Assembly: GCA_000002435.2 (NCBI GenBank)
Contig: CM018793.1
Strand: one strand, 5' to 3'
Length of the DNA stretch: 64,000 nucleotides
Source of the DNA: Giardia intestinalis
Lineage: Eukaryota
A program made the position numbers and the translations under genes. Positions 50,001 through 59,678 of the stretch are shown here, piece by piece; position 1 is the stretch's first letter; every line of letters begins with the position of its first letter. The notes beneath the pieces were generated by a model, which was not told the origin of the DNA, did not search any database, and saw only the letters and a list, made by a program, of their open reading frames with translations.

Positions 50001-50327
50001 AATAGTCTATTTGCTGTCTGGTCTTTTTTGCCCAGTCAGAAGGGAATGAAAGATGACCAAGGTATGACAGCCCTAATGCATGCCGCGATGCGTGGGCACA
50101 GAGATGTCGTACGCCTATTGAGCAAATACGAGCTACGGCTTCAAGACAACCATGGTCGAACAGCCCTGATGTTCGCTGCAGAACACTTGCATTCTCGTGT
50201 GTTGGAGTTTCTTGTGTCTGAAGTGGATTTAAAGGACCATGATAACAAAAGTGCTATCGATTATCTTCCCTCGCGGACAAACGCAAATGGCCCCCTCTAT
50301 GATTACTTTCTGGAGACTTTAGGGTAA
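47040..50327 (+). CDS. Protein 21.1-type ankyrin-repeat / coiled-coil protein (~1095 aa)
   Basis: N-terminal SQGWFGAITAGDAAEV...GTTGLMYAA ankyrin repeats, central coiled-coil, C-terminal ankyrin repeats. The ORF-track start at 47031 is TTG, and the ATG is at 47040. Confidence 0.7.
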   Translation: MSQDEHLKKIISSQGWFGAITAGDAAEVSRLCARFLRETDRTGTTGLMYAAASDNEEIVQMLVKDENSMRNHIGETALLIAAAQNSAKVIPLLLPYEHEMVLLNGATALHVAVQHGSMESIPQLVDCYSCARDRNGFTAMEYCAYNNLLPQLSLLVKHGSYTIEDLKHAASIADSAGHKLCAAALWKASNTYPGTSLRLSNLKLTTAHIDVPPNSAQSIDSLSGSRFTATSHSHPLTLTQLDAKQLQAAFHALSDEADTNGSPEGEGNNLAANHPNVVLASNNDPCENQGICMLNSMAECSASTSPSIFQGRQESVLVPDVPQGGNELVLSPSSLDSSLPLLASQLSGTDRSTQRSEVRILVEHLRSALEQARGDLKDKTVTILRLEEEVKKLTEKNVQRSSGFLSAAEALSLREEVAYYKHLLVKRDAHEKELKQEIGRLQNESTDVLSSLRCKIKQDQEHGKDLRLEEKGQSSAQVDSPESLSECSHNLCALAYAVKQLWTMLDAQEANLPVPDLVPETATIADILLSFKSLEVQLQRLTCDVSSRPRTDPPSSAKTILDANLDTSNEQIEQLIEELADSNARRRQLEEQLAEAQGSIDQYKQLAEAARSCQAQSEARLSQYFEVHRNELALITNEVNSAKETIARMIEGPVDNDVSVTTITDSLSSGSAKSLTYYVELVFTLINWYKGAMESIKQELEQLQADNDALRLTNAELKRLNDVLEHPIRLSSSNPDTAAMEAKIVALDAKNTDLHNELVDCRKKLYDLQKEVANYKDKLLTAHSSEELEAVKLRSHLSMYADAYKTLKDSSLSMGQELDMLRSELDLYRSLHGDIKERTESQPVDTDVTASRVYPSTLETSNLTAPSGPLSTTVIRQNVMTPLMIAAQQGSLRECKNNMQYVRQQLPNGMTALMFAASAGNKEIVELLAPHECSFIRHDNMCAAEVALTCGHYDCAELLRSAEALHTSKLGGMAEGMLSSIISAAISNSLFAVWSFLPSQKGMKDDQGMTALMHAAMRGHRDVVRLLSKYELRLQDNHGRTALMFAAEHLHSRVLEFLVSEVDLKDHDNKSAIDYLPSRTNANGPLYDYFLETLG

Positions 50328-50360
50328 ATGCAACTAAAATTTCGAGACAATCATTTCTCC

Positions 50361-52508
50361 ATGACCCTGCACGATTGGTTTCGAGCAGCAGAGATTGGAG
50401 ACACAGACTATATCAAAGAGAATGTAACAAAATTTAAAGGAAGAACCACAGATGCTGGCTCAACAGCGCTTATGATAGCTACGCACAATCATCGGCCTCA
50501 GATCGTCGAGATTCTAGCCCCTTTAGAACAGGGAGTCCGTGATTCTGATGGGAAAACTGCCCTGAGTATCGCAGCAGCTTTAGATGACGAAGAATCATGC
50601 GCCATGCTACTTAGATGGGAAAAGAGCCTTGAATTGCCCGGTGGGAAAAATCCATTGATGGTGTGCATTGAGCACGGAGGCACAAACGCTCTTCCATTGT
50701 TACTAGAGGCCTACGGACAGGGGTGTGATGCACTGGGCTGCACTGCTTTAGAGTATGCTGTACTAAGCAAATCTTCAGAGACACTCCGCATAATCTTAGA
50801 GCATATAAAGCCCTCCATGTCGGAAGTGGCGAATACCGTAACAAAAGCCTCTTCTGATTTGGAGACAACTCTGTCCGAGTTGCAAGGTATAATAGCACGT
50901 TTAGCAGAGGAGAATAAGTTGGTCAATCAGCAATTGAAAGAGGCAGAGACAGAACTAGACGCAGCCAACCTTGAAGCCCATAACCTTCGCTGCAAGATTC
51001 GCTCAATGGAGGACTACACTGACGGTATTCACGATGTCCTTCGCCAGGTCACCCATATGGAGTCGATCGATGATATACTAACTTGTCTCATAGACCCTGC
51101 TTTCAACGCAGAGCTCCTCAGCTACCTGGAGAAGAGTAAGCTGACATCTACTACCAATGTATCAACAAGTCCGTTTACCAATATTTTGTCGTGCTCTCCT
51201 GCAGGGCTACGGAATAGCCAACCAGATCCCTCCCTCGTAGAAGAACTAGAAGGCCTGAAAGAGCAACTGGCTCACAAGGACAGAGAAATTTCATCTCTCA
51301 AAGAAAAGATTAGTTCTAACTATTTCGTCAACTGTTCTACCAACGAACATTCAGAACATAATTTATCTATGGTTGAGAACTACATGCAGCAGATATCTGA
51401 TCAAAAGGTTAAGTTAGAGAGGCAAGCAGAGGAGCTTCATGCATTGAGGCGCCTTGTTGGGTCAATGGCTGTGGAGAACATAGCCGGTTGTTCAGCAGAT
51501 GCCCTGCACACGGCAGAACAGCAAGTGTTTTTGAACTCAGCTAAAGAGAAGCGCCTCACTGCTCTCCAGCAGTCGAAGATGGTCTCAAAGGAGGATGAAT
51601 TACCTACCATTCCAGAGCAAGGCACACACATTGATCCTAGCCAATTCACCTACTCCTTTGATAAGGGTTCTATGTCTGATAGAGATATCGCGGATATGTA
51701 TCGGGTAATGAGGGACCTCCTGGGCGCAGACCCTTCCACGCAACCTTTAGAAGACAGTATATCTAATGTTCAGACACTACCTACGCTAAGGCTATTCACG
51801 GAAACGATGGACGACTCGATAGAAACGTATATGCCTGTAAAGCCCGACGACTTCAAGGCTGTATTCGAACAAGTGATGGAGAAATTCGTAAATATACAAA
51901 AGAGGAATGACATCTTAGCAGATTGCCATGATGCCAGTGGATCTAGCACGCCCAGACACAAAGCTATTCACACAGAGCGTTGGGAGTTTGGACACGGCTT
52001 TATAGATTCTATGGCCAATAAAGCCGAAGATGCCGCAGCGTTTGCAACAGAATCATTGGCCACAGCACGACCAGCAAAGAGTCCTAGTCCCCCTCAGCTC
52101 CTGTCATCTTGTGGCGAACGTCGTAATGAAGGTCCAGAAGAAACCTATCAGTGTACTAGCCTAGCCGAATCAGTGGTAAAAGAAGGGGGTAGTACTACAC
52201 TAGACACCGAAGCGATAGATAAAGCGGTCTGCTCTGAGCCAGGGTCGTTCTCGAGAGCTCCAGTTCGGATCATAAACGTCCAGCAGGAAGACGAAGAACT
52301 ACTGAGGTGCATGGTGGTACCCGATATACCATCGGTACCAGAGAAAACATCCAAAGACCGCGCTTTGGATTTGGAAAGAATATACGGTACGTTAAATGGA
52401 CAAGCCCGGACAAGCGCTCAGGCTCGTCAAGTAGAAACAACAATAGTGTCAGCTGTGTTTAGCTCCCGTGGGGTACAGGTTAGGACCAGCAAGGGAAGAA
52501 CTCTTTGA
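50361..52508 (+). CDS. Protein 21.1-type ankyrin-repeat / coiled-coil protein (~715 aa)
   Basis: The ATG at 50328 abuts the upstream stop (TAAATG). The family N-terminal motif MTLHDWFRAAEIGDTDYI starts at the ATG at 50361, preceded by CAACTAAAATTTCGAGACAATCATTTCTCC. AGTGAAC lies 21 nt after the stop. Confidence 0.65.
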   Translation: MTLHDWFRAAEIGDTDYIKENVTKFKGRTTDAGSTALMIATHNHRPQIVEILAPLEQGVRDSDGKTALSIAAALDDEESCAMLLRWEKSLELPGGKNPLMVCIEHGGTNALPLLLEAYGQGCDALGCTALEYAVLSKSSETLRIILEHIKPSMSEVANTVTKASSDLETTLSELQGIIARLAEENKLVNQQLKEAETELDAANLEAHNLRCKIRSMEDYTDGIHDVLRQVTHMESIDDILTCLIDPAFNAELLSYLEKSKLTSTTNVSTSPFTNILSCSPAGLRNSQPDPSLVEELEGLKEQLAHKDREISSLKEKISSNYFVNCSTNEHSEHNLSMVENYMQQISDQKVKLERQAEELHALRRLVGSMAVENIAGCSADALHTAEQQVFLNSAKEKRLTALQQSKMVSKEDELPTIPEQGTHIDPSQFTYSFDKGSMSDRDIADMYRVMRDLLGADPSTQPLEDSISNVQTLPTLRLFTETMDDSIETYMPVKPDDFKAVFEQVMEKFVNIQKRNDILADCHDASGSSTPRHKAIHTERWEFGHGFIDSMANKAEDAAAFATESLATARPAKSPSPPQLLSSCGERRNEGPEETYQCTSLAESVVKEGGSTTLDTEAIDKAVCSEPGSFSRAPVRIINVQQEDEELLRCMVVPDIPSVPEKTSKDRALDLERIYGTLNGQARTSAQARQVETTIVSAVFSSRGVQVRTSKGRTL

Positions 52509-52674
52509 TTGCAAAGGTGTAGATGAAGGAGTGAACGGCAATAGAAATTCATGCATGGACTAAGGTTGCGGCGGCTTGGTGCAAGCTATTCCAGGGTTCG
52601 GGCGGTTAAGCACACATGGTCAAAAAAACAGGGCATTTTTGGCGCCGGCGCCTTTAAAGGGAATTCAAAAAAGG

Positions 52675-55452
52675 ATGAACTCGATCGGTGACAAGAAGTC
52701 GTGGTTTGACTGCATCACAAAGCGTCAGTACACAACGATCCGCACAGGGCTGCGCCTCTATGGAGGAGCAAGCAACGCAGTTGGAGAAACAGGTCTGATG
52801 AATGCCGCGCGCACAAACGACTGTGAACTTGCGAAGATCCTCTGCATCCAGGAAGCCGGGATCAAGAATAAAGACGGTCATACCGCGCTGATACTTGCAG
52901 CGTGCTATGATCACCACGAGATCTGCGATGTCATCGCTCCCTTCGAGAAGAAGTATGCGACTAATGAGGGAAAAAATGCCCTTATGTTTGCTGCGGAGTA
53001 CGGTTGCACCGAGTCTGTAAAGGTTCTCTGCGGGTATTTCGACCTGAAGGAGCGTGACAATGACGGGCTGAGCGCCCTCGACTACGCTATGAACAACACT
53101 CACCCGGCATGTGTGGAAGCCATCATGGAAGCCGGGAAGCTTACCGAAGAGGCTGCAAACAAGCAAATCGCCCAGTCCATTCGTAACTCGTTCTCTTCTC
53201 TCGAAGAGTTCTACAGGTTAGCGACTGAATACGCCGAGCTTCCTGATACTCGGTGCAAGTGCTGTGACCTCCCGTACAATCTTTGCTCAAATAAGGACAA
53301 CGTTGTCAACATAGTGCGCAAGTACCCTCCCTTTTTTGCTCAGAACCCTACGTCTGCGTCCGCCACTGTCACGACCAAGGTTGGTCAGGCACATGGGATT
53401 TCGCCCCTTGACCCCAACCAAGAGGAGCTACTGAATCAGCTCGGTCCTGTCCTGAAGGAGGCCCAGCTCAGAGCCTGGTATAGCGATATTTGCGAAGAAA
53501 TTTCGCGCTTACGTGAGGATCACGCGAAGATCACCATTGAGAACCGTGAACTGACCGATAACCTTGGCACGGAGACGGCGACCCACGACGCCCTGAAGCT
53601 GAAGTTCGATAAGCTTAAGCTTGACAACGACGAGACAACCCTCAAGTACGAGGATCTTATTTCTCGTCATAACGCTCTGATGCACGAGTGCAAGACGCTA
53701 CAAGAGGATGCCGAGAAGGCAAGGGAGCAGAGAGTTGCTGTGGAGGTCTTGCACCAGAAGATCTCGAACATGCTTTCCAGTACGGATGACGATATCAGTA
53801 AGACAATAGAGAATATGCTAAAGACTCATAACACAGAAATGCAGAAGCGCACAGAGGAGCTTGAGCTTATGAAGCATTCGGTAGATATCATGGCTGCAGA
53901 GCACGCAGTTGTCAAGAAGGAGATGGACAAGCTTACGGAGAGCAAGGTTCAGGCCGAGGCACAGGTCTCCATCATCCAGAATAAACTCCTGGCCAAGGAG
54001 GAAGAGAATCGCCACATGACTAACAGACTCGAGGCGACCACTGCCATGATCAACGAGCTCGAGGCAAAGAACAACGAGCTCGAGATAGAGACGTCCAAGC
54101 TTATGGACGAGGTGACGAAGTCCAGGCTGATGACGCAGCAGCTTATCGGGAAGATGAACGAGAAGGAGAAGCTCTTGGAGGACACACGCGATGAACTGGC
54201 ACACACGCTGGGTGAGCGCGAGGCGCTCTATCATCGCATCAACCTTATCACAGATGATAAGGAAGCTGCAGAGGCGCGGATCCAGCGCAAGGATGAGAGC
54301 ATAAGCCTTCTCCACGACGACAAGCGCAACCTGGAAGGTCAGGTGCTTTTCCTTACCGAGGAGCTAACAAAGTCGCAAATAGCAGCGAAGAACATGTCAT
54401 CCAAGATGCGCCTGGAGAATCCACTGGGTGGAAGTGGCGGGAACGGGCCTAAGCAACTCTACCCTGTCGACATCAACAAGGACGCCGGGTCTCCAAACAG
54501 CAATAGCAACGCCGTCGATGCGTTCATCAATAACATGAATAACATATCAACGGGGCCAAACAGCATGGCAGGGAGCCCTCAGCGCAAAGAGTCACAAATC
54601 AACGCCATCATCAGGAACATGATGCACCCCACGAATCAAGATCTCCACCAAGCAATACTCGATTCAGATAAGCCGGAGATAGCCAGCAACATCACGAACG
54701 CTATGATGTCCGCTAACGCACTTGCAAATTTTGACGTGACCGAGCGCACTGACTCGGTCAACAACAGTGCAGCACGATCGAGCAGTAACTCATCACGTTT
54801 CCTTAATTTACAGTTGATGTCCGGGTCTATGAGAATCAAGACCAGCCTCCACAACCGCGACAACAACATTGCCGTCACCGGTCAAGACAAGCGCAACAAC
54901 AGATTGACTGAGCTTATGGAGGCGGCCAGGGACAACGACTTTGTAAAGGCGTACCACCGCATTGACGTCCAGGGAGGCCTGCAGGATGACCATGGATATA
55001 CTGCTCTTATGTATGCTGCCAGTGAAGGAAACCTTGAGATGTGCCGCCTTCTTGTCGAGAAGGAGGCTGGAATGTGCAGCCACGATGGAACGACGGCTTT
55101 AATGAGGGCTGTGTCTGGAGGGCATGCAGATGTTACCGCCTTTCTCCTTGACAAGGAGGCTGGCATGCAGAGAAACGACGGGTGGACTGCGCTTATGGCT
55201 GCTGCATGCGATAATAGACCAGACATTGTCACGATTCTTGCGCACAACGAGTCTGCAATCGTTACTAACGAAAACTTTCCGGCAGGAGGAGGCGTGTCTG
55301 CGCTGATGCTTGCTGCGACAGGAGGGCACCAGGAGTGTGTCCAGCTTCTTCTCCCATATGAGGCTGCTCTGCAGCACTCGAGCGGACGCACCGCTGCAGA
55401 CTATGCTAACAGTGAAGATCTACGCGACATCATTTTGGAGTATACCGTTTGA
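52675..55452 (+). CDS. Protein 21.1-type ankyrin-repeat / coiled-coil protein (~925 aa)
   Basis: The ORF-track start at 52576 is TTG. The ATG at 52675 (MNSIGDKKSWFDCITKRQY) is preceded by TTTAAAGGGAATTCAAAAAAGG. AGTAAAT lies 13 nt after the stop. Confidence 0.7.
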   Translation: MNSIGDKKSWFDCITKRQYTTIRTGLRLYGGASNAVGETGLMNAARTNDCELAKILCIQEAGIKNKDGHTALILAACYDHHEICDVIAPFEKKYATNEGKNALMFAAEYGCTESVKVLCGYFDLKERDNDGLSALDYAMNNTHPACVEAIMEAGKLTEEAANKQIAQSIRNSFSSLEEFYRLATEYAELPDTRCKCCDLPYNLCSNKDNVVNIVRKYPPFFAQNPTSASATVTTKVGQAHGISPLDPNQEELLNQLGPVLKEAQLRAWYSDICEEISRLREDHAKITIENRELTDNLGTETATHDALKLKFDKLKLDNDETTLKYEDLISRHNALMHECKTLQEDAEKAREQRVAVEVLHQKISNMLSSTDDDISKTIENMLKTHNTEMQKRTEELELMKHSVDIMAAEHAVVKKEMDKLTESKVQAEAQVSIIQNKLLAKEEENRHMTNRLEATTAMINELEAKNNELEIETSKLMDEVTKSRLMTQQLIGKMNEKEKLLEDTRDELAHTLGEREALYHRINLITDDKEAAEARIQRKDESISLLHDDKRNLEGQVLFLTEELTKSQIAAKNMSSKMRLENPLGGSGGNGPKQLYPVDINKDAGSPNSNSNAVDAFINNMNNISTGPNSMAGSPQRKESQINAIIRNMMHPTNQDLHQAILDSDKPEIASNITNAMMSANALANFDVTERTDSVNNSAARSSSNSSRFLNLQLMSGSMRIKTSLHNRDNNIAVTGQDKRNNRLTELMEAARDNDFVKAYHRIDVQGGLQDDHGYTALMYAASEGNLEMCRLLVEKEAGMCSHDGTTALMRAVSGGHADVTAFLLDKEAGMQRNDGWTALMAAACDNRPDIVTILAHNESAIVTNENFPAGGGVSALMLAATGGHQECVQLLLPYEAALQHSSGRTAADYANSEDLRDIILEYTV

Positions 55453-55496
55453 TGTCTTCGTGCGCAGTAAATGTGGATGTCATTTTGGCTTTGTGT

Positions 55497-57842
55497 TCAT
55501 GTCGAGTTCCCGCTGGGACGGGAAGTTGCAGCGGAGAAGTCATAGGTGAACTCCAGCTCTGTCTGAGTCGTAAGAGCACTCTGGCCAGTAAGCTGTTTGG
55601 CAGCAGAAATTAAAGCAGCAAGACTAGTGAAGTCCACTTCCTCATCAGCATCTTCTATAGTATCCTTTTCCTCTGGTTGTCCAGACGAATGAGTTTGAAC
55701 AGGAAACGAAAGAGGTGGAGGGTGTGAACCTGGTAGTTGGGGCTGTAAGTCACTGGGAGAACGGAGAAGGTGACAAAGGGTAGTCTCAGCCAAAGCCTCT
55801 AAAGAACTAGAATCAATAAATTCGTCAAATGAACGAATGACAGGTTCAAACTTTTCATAGAAGGATGGAAATGATTCCAGGATAGACCTGTCGATCACCT
55901 CCTCCCACTGCATTGCAACCTGCGCCCTCATAAGTCTATAAATCTCTGCTTGCCGCGCGTCAGCGACCCGTTCTTTTCGAAGATCTAGTATCGCATGCCT
56001 CCATGCAAAGATAACTGTGCGCCCAATGACTTTCTGCCGAAGCCTCTTGCCTTGCACTTGTGCTTCAAGGTCAGCCTGATGCAAGCGCCATCGCATGGAC
56101 GCAAGGGACCTGCGAAACAGGCTTAGTGTAAAGAAGTGATCTGCTTGTAGGAAGCGTTGCCTCGATTGTTGCAGAAGAGGAATAAACCCTTCTAAAAATA
56201 CAACTTGCTTTGTAAATCTGTCCATAATGCGACCTATAGCATCATCCACCTTACTCAGGACTTCTATCCTTTTGCCTAGTTTCTCTCTGGCTTGCTGGAT
56301 CCAGATAGAAAAAACATAAGACAGCATTCTTTGTAAGGATGTGGTGTGCCACAAAGCAAGCTTAGTATGGAGTGCAACCAGGGACCGATATCCTATCCGC
56401 AAAAGAAGACCTGCGTGGCAAGACGTGGCTATTTCTAATTGCTCTTTTCGTACTTGTGCCTTTCGACGTGCTAGTTCCTCCTGCAAGACCCTCTTGGAGT
56501 GCTCAGCTTGCTCTTTTGCAAGCCTGTCTTCTTCGAGGCGCCGAAGACGTTCCTGTTTGCGGTCTGCAGCTCGTTTGCTATAATCTATATAAACTTGTGG
56601 TGCTTTACGAAGTAGCTTGCGCGTAGTAAACTGTTCAACTGCTTGATTCACGGGCGCAGCCACCTGGTTGCTTTCTGAAAAGGGCCTCAAGCTATCGGCA
56701 GACGATACTTGAGGCTCCTCTGTTGTTTCAAATCGGACCTTTTTCGAGGATGTGGTTAGATGTCCGAGAGTATCGTTGTGACTCTGATTCTGTTGGGTCT
56801 CTGGATTGGTAGATACAGATTCCTGCTTTTGTTCAAGCCCTTCTGTACACGATACTACTGGCGATGGTGATCGAGGAGATGCATCGTTAGTTTCGTTTTG
56901 AGATAAGCATAAAGATTTGCTGACTTCTATTCGCTGAATAAAGGATTGGATGCGTCTTTCTCTGCATGCCCGTTGTTCTTCTTGTCTCCGCCGCGTTTGT
57001 AGCCTTTGAGCCTCAACACGCATAGCTAGCAGTGTTTTTTTCATGAGCACAACAACATAGTTCGTCTCAGCCATTCGTATTTGAGATTTTATAGTCTCCA
57101 TCCGCAACCGTTGGCGTTCCTTTTCATATGTTTCTTTACGATGAAGGAAAGTTGACAGCCATGTATGGAACGTCAACCGCAACAAACATAATAGGTAATT
57201 CTTCTTAATAATGGCTTCATTACGGTTCAGTGCCTTTATATGTGCTTTCCAGCTAACAAGGATCTGTGTGGCTAGAACCACCTGCCTGCGACGGATCATC
57301 ATTGCAACGCACTTCTCAAGGGCCTCCATCCGATATCGCTCCTTTTGTTCCGCGATAACCTTGGCAGTCTTCTCACGCTCCTTTTCTACCAGGAGCCTGG
57401 CTTCTTCCTGAATACGTATCCGCTGCCTTTCAGCCAGCTCTTTCGCTCTCTGTGCAATCACTTCCTCTCGTATCTCCTCTTCAAGCCTGCGTGTCTTTGC
57501 TTGGGCTTCTGCATAAAGCTTAGATCGTTCTGCTCCGACAGCGCGCACATCTGGGAGGTCAGACTGGGAAATAATCCCCTTTAACCGCTCTCGGGGCGGA
57601 GTGCGAGGTTCTGATTTCCGTTGCCGGGGGCGATCCTTTGCCTTTTCGACCTTGGAAAAGATATCATCTATCTGTAAGTCCTGTGCGATTTGCTTTGCTT
57701 TGAGGCGAATTTCTGCATTGTCTTCCGAGAGGACTCTGTGAGGATCGGTTCCTGAAAGCTCATTAATGAAATTGAGGGCTGTGTCGATGGTTACACGTGT
57801 GTTTTTCGTTAGATCTGCGAGCACCTTATAAGCATTGTCCAT
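55497..57842 (-). CDS. Hypothetical charged coiled-coil protein (~781 aa, E/R/K/Q-rich)
   Basis: The ORF-track start at 57899 is GTG, and the first ATG is at 57842. Long heptad-like charged helices. Confidence 0.55.
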   Translation of the reverse strand: MDNAYKVLADLTKNTRVTIDTALNFINELSGTDPHRVLSEDNAEIRLKAKQIAQDLQIDDIFSKVEKAKDRPRQRKSEPRTPPRERLKGIISQSDLPDVRAVGAERSKLYAEAQAKTRRLEEEIREEVIAQRAKELAERQRIRIQEEARLLVEKEREKTAKVIAEQKERYRMEALEKCVAMMIRRRQVVLATQILVSWKAHIKALNRNEAIIKKNYLLCLLRLTFHTWLSTFLHRKETYEKERQRLRMETIKSQIRMAETNYVVVLMKKTLLAMRVEAQRLQTRRRQEEQRACRERRIQSFIQRIEVSKSLCLSQNETNDASPRSPSPVVSCTEGLEQKQESVSTNPETQQNQSHNDTLGHLTTSSKKVRFETTEEPQVSSADSLRPFSESNQVAAPVNQAVEQFTTRKLLRKAPQVYIDYSKRAADRKQERLRRLEEDRLAKEQAEHSKRVLQEELARRKAQVRKEQLEIATSCHAGLLLRIGYRSLVALHTKLALWHTTSLQRMLSYVFSIWIQQAREKLGKRIEVLSKVDDAIGRIMDRFTKQVVFLEGFIPLLQQSRQRFLQADHFFTLSLFRRSLASMRWRLHQADLEAQVQGKRLRQKVIGRTVIFAWRHAILDLRKERVADARQAEIYRLMRAQVAMQWEEVIDRSILESFPSFYEKFEPVIRSFDEFIDSSSLEALAETTLCHLLRSPSDLQPQLPGSHPPPLSFPVQTHSSGQPEEKDTIEDADEEVDFTSLAALISAAKQLTGQSALTTQTELEFTYDFSAATSRPSGNST

Positions 57843-58036
57843 GTAAACTACTCGCTGATCGTAACAAATTTTTGGGGGATGGTTTGTCTCGTGTGACACT
57901 GATACAATCGACCAATCTGGTGTTTAATGTTGCTGGTAAGAGAATTGGTGAACTAGTAAAAGAATAAGTAACATAACAAGCTCTTAACTGAGACAGTCTT
58001 TGGGCTAGAGAGAATAAACAGGCCATTTCAAAAACC

Positions 58037-58594
58037 ATGCTTATCTGGGCACTGCTGACCCTTAGCCTGTCGCTTATGGTGAAAATAGGCCCTGGCGAAA
58101 CCCGCTGTTTTAGAGATCAGGTGAAGAAAGACGATCGCCTCTCCATCAACGTGCATGTCTCTGGGGGAAACCGTCTCTCCTTTACTCTCCGGGCCCCGAA
58201 CCAAGGGATCCTTAAGCAAGATGCGTTAGTAAAAAGTTGGAGTTATGCGCTTTCGAAGACAGAGGCAGGCCACTACGAATTCTGCGCCTCTTCTCCTAGC
58301 AATAACAAGCCTGCAAACATGACTCTCTTCTGGCTATCGCAGCCCAATGAGCCGACAGACACACCCTCTGGCATACCAGGGATCCTCAATCAGACGTCAG
58401 GGGTGGTAAAGCACCTGGTTGCAAACCAACGATTTACACAAACAGCCGAAAATTCTCACAAGCAGCTGATCAGTTCTCTCTCCGGCAGCCTCTCGTTTTG
58501 GATGGCGGCTAAGATTGTTGTCGTTGCCACGTGCATCGCGTACCAGATGGTCGTAACCAAAAAACACTTTTCCAAACGCAGGACCGCGGTTTAA
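58037..58594 (+). CDS. p24/emp24 (GOLD domain) cargo receptor
   Basis: Signal peptide MLIWALLTLSLSL. GOLD-type motifs RCFRDQV and GHYEFCASS. C-terminal TM helix plus short basic tail. ATG at 58037, and AGTAAAT 4 nt after the stop. Confidence 0.6.
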   Translation: MLIWALLTLSLSLMVKIGPGETRCFRDQVKKDDRLSINVHVSGGNRLSFTLRAPNQGILKQDALVKSWSYALSKTEAGHYEFCASSPSNNKPANMTLFWLSQPNEPTDTPSGIPGILNQTSGVVKHLVANQRFTQTAENSHKQLISSLSGSLSFWMAAKIVVVATCIAYQMVVTKKHFSKRRTAV

Positions 58595-58621
58595 ATAAGT
58601 AAATCCGTGAATAGAGTGCCA

Positions 58622-59644
58622 ATGACTCAGGATTTGCTCCATGCAATACTTCAGGACAATGCGGTAGGAAGTAAAGACACGGAACTGGAAAATCTTAGGC
58701 ACCGCTGTGAAGCCCTGGAGGCAGCTGTGCTATCTCTCGCGCTTGGAATCTATGACGTGCAGGACTACATATCCTTATATGCCAAGTACCCTAAGCTGCG
58801 GCGAAAGCTAAGGAAGTGTGGACATAACATGCACGTCCCCTTGACAAAATACCATGTCGCCCAGTTCAAAAAGGGAGGCCCACCAATTCAAATAGATACG
58901 CAGTACCTAGTAGAGAGTGCTATCTCGCTGGAAAAGTCACACGTGCTAGATCTCTTCAAGCAGGGATACCATACTGTTGCGGGGTCAATCCACACAGAGT
59001 ATGAGGCGATTGTCCGCCGAAGCTTGTACTACAAGTTCCTCGAGCAAGCGACCAAGATTCTGCTGATGTTTCTTGGCATAATAATCTCTGCTTTTGGCCT
59101 TCTCGTTCATATAGTACGTAGACCAAAGAAAGCCATCAAATTCATCCTAAGGATTGACATATCCTTCACGGAGAAAGTTCACCGCATTGTCCACACATGG
59201 TTCCCGATGTTGGTAAACCCGGAGCGCTATTTGAGAGATGTACATAACGACCCCAACCATAGAGTGCTTGTTGAAATATCAAACACATTGGAGAGCAACT
59301 GGTGGAACGCTGATATGGGGTCTTACAGCGAAGGTGAACACTTTGACGACACTATAAGCGACATGATAAGCGAGGAAAGTGGGGCTCCGCAACCGTCAGC
59401 TGATGCCCCCGAGTCCCAGTCCATATGTGGAGCAAGTCCGATTGAGGGGACACTTCACTCTATCGTATCTCCAAGGATCGAACCCTTAGTTATTGACGTT
59501 CTCACTGACGTGCGTCCATCCCGGAATGACATTCCAGGTGAGCCACCTAGCAGCCTCACTACCCAGGAAGGAAGAAGCACATATGGACAGTGGGCAGTAA
59601 TTATAGTTGCAGTAATTTTGGCCATTGTGTATATCATGCTGTGA
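58622..59644 (+). CDS. Hypothetical membrane protein with an internal TM and a C-terminal tail-anchor TM
   Basis: The ORF-track start at 58607 is GTG. The ATG at 58622 is preceded by TTTAAATAAGTAAATCC. C-terminal WAVIIVAVILAIVYIML. Confidence 0.45.
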   Translation: MTQDLLHAILQDNAVGSKDTELENLRHRCEALEAAVLSLALGIYDVQDYISLYAKYPKLRRKLRKCGHNMHVPLTKYHVAQFKKGGPPIQIDTQYLVESAISLEKSHVLDLFKQGYHTVAGSIHTEYEAIVRRSLYYKFLEQATKILLMFLGIIISAFGLLVHIVRRPKKAIKFILRIDISFTEKVHRIVHTWFPMLVNPERYLRDVHNDPNHRVLVEISNTLESNWWNADMGSYSEGEHFDDTISDMISEESGAPQPSADAPESQSICGASPIEGTLHSIVSPRIEPLVIDVLTDVRPSRNDIPGEPPSSLTTQEGRSTYGQWAVIIVAVILAIVYIML

Positions 59645-59678
59645 GGGGCGTAACGTCTGTGCGTACGATACAGCCAAC

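Noticed and set aside
2966-58607. ORF-track start positions at 2966, 6264, 12786, 41831, 43309, 45960, 46689, 47031, 52576, 57899 and 58607
   Set aside because: These codons are TTG/GTG/CTG, not ATG. Starts were moved to the first downstream ATG with an AT-rich initiator and a sensible N-terminus (for example RPL30 at 2993). The ATG at 30343 was likewise moved to 30259 on promoter context and the conserved family N-terminus.
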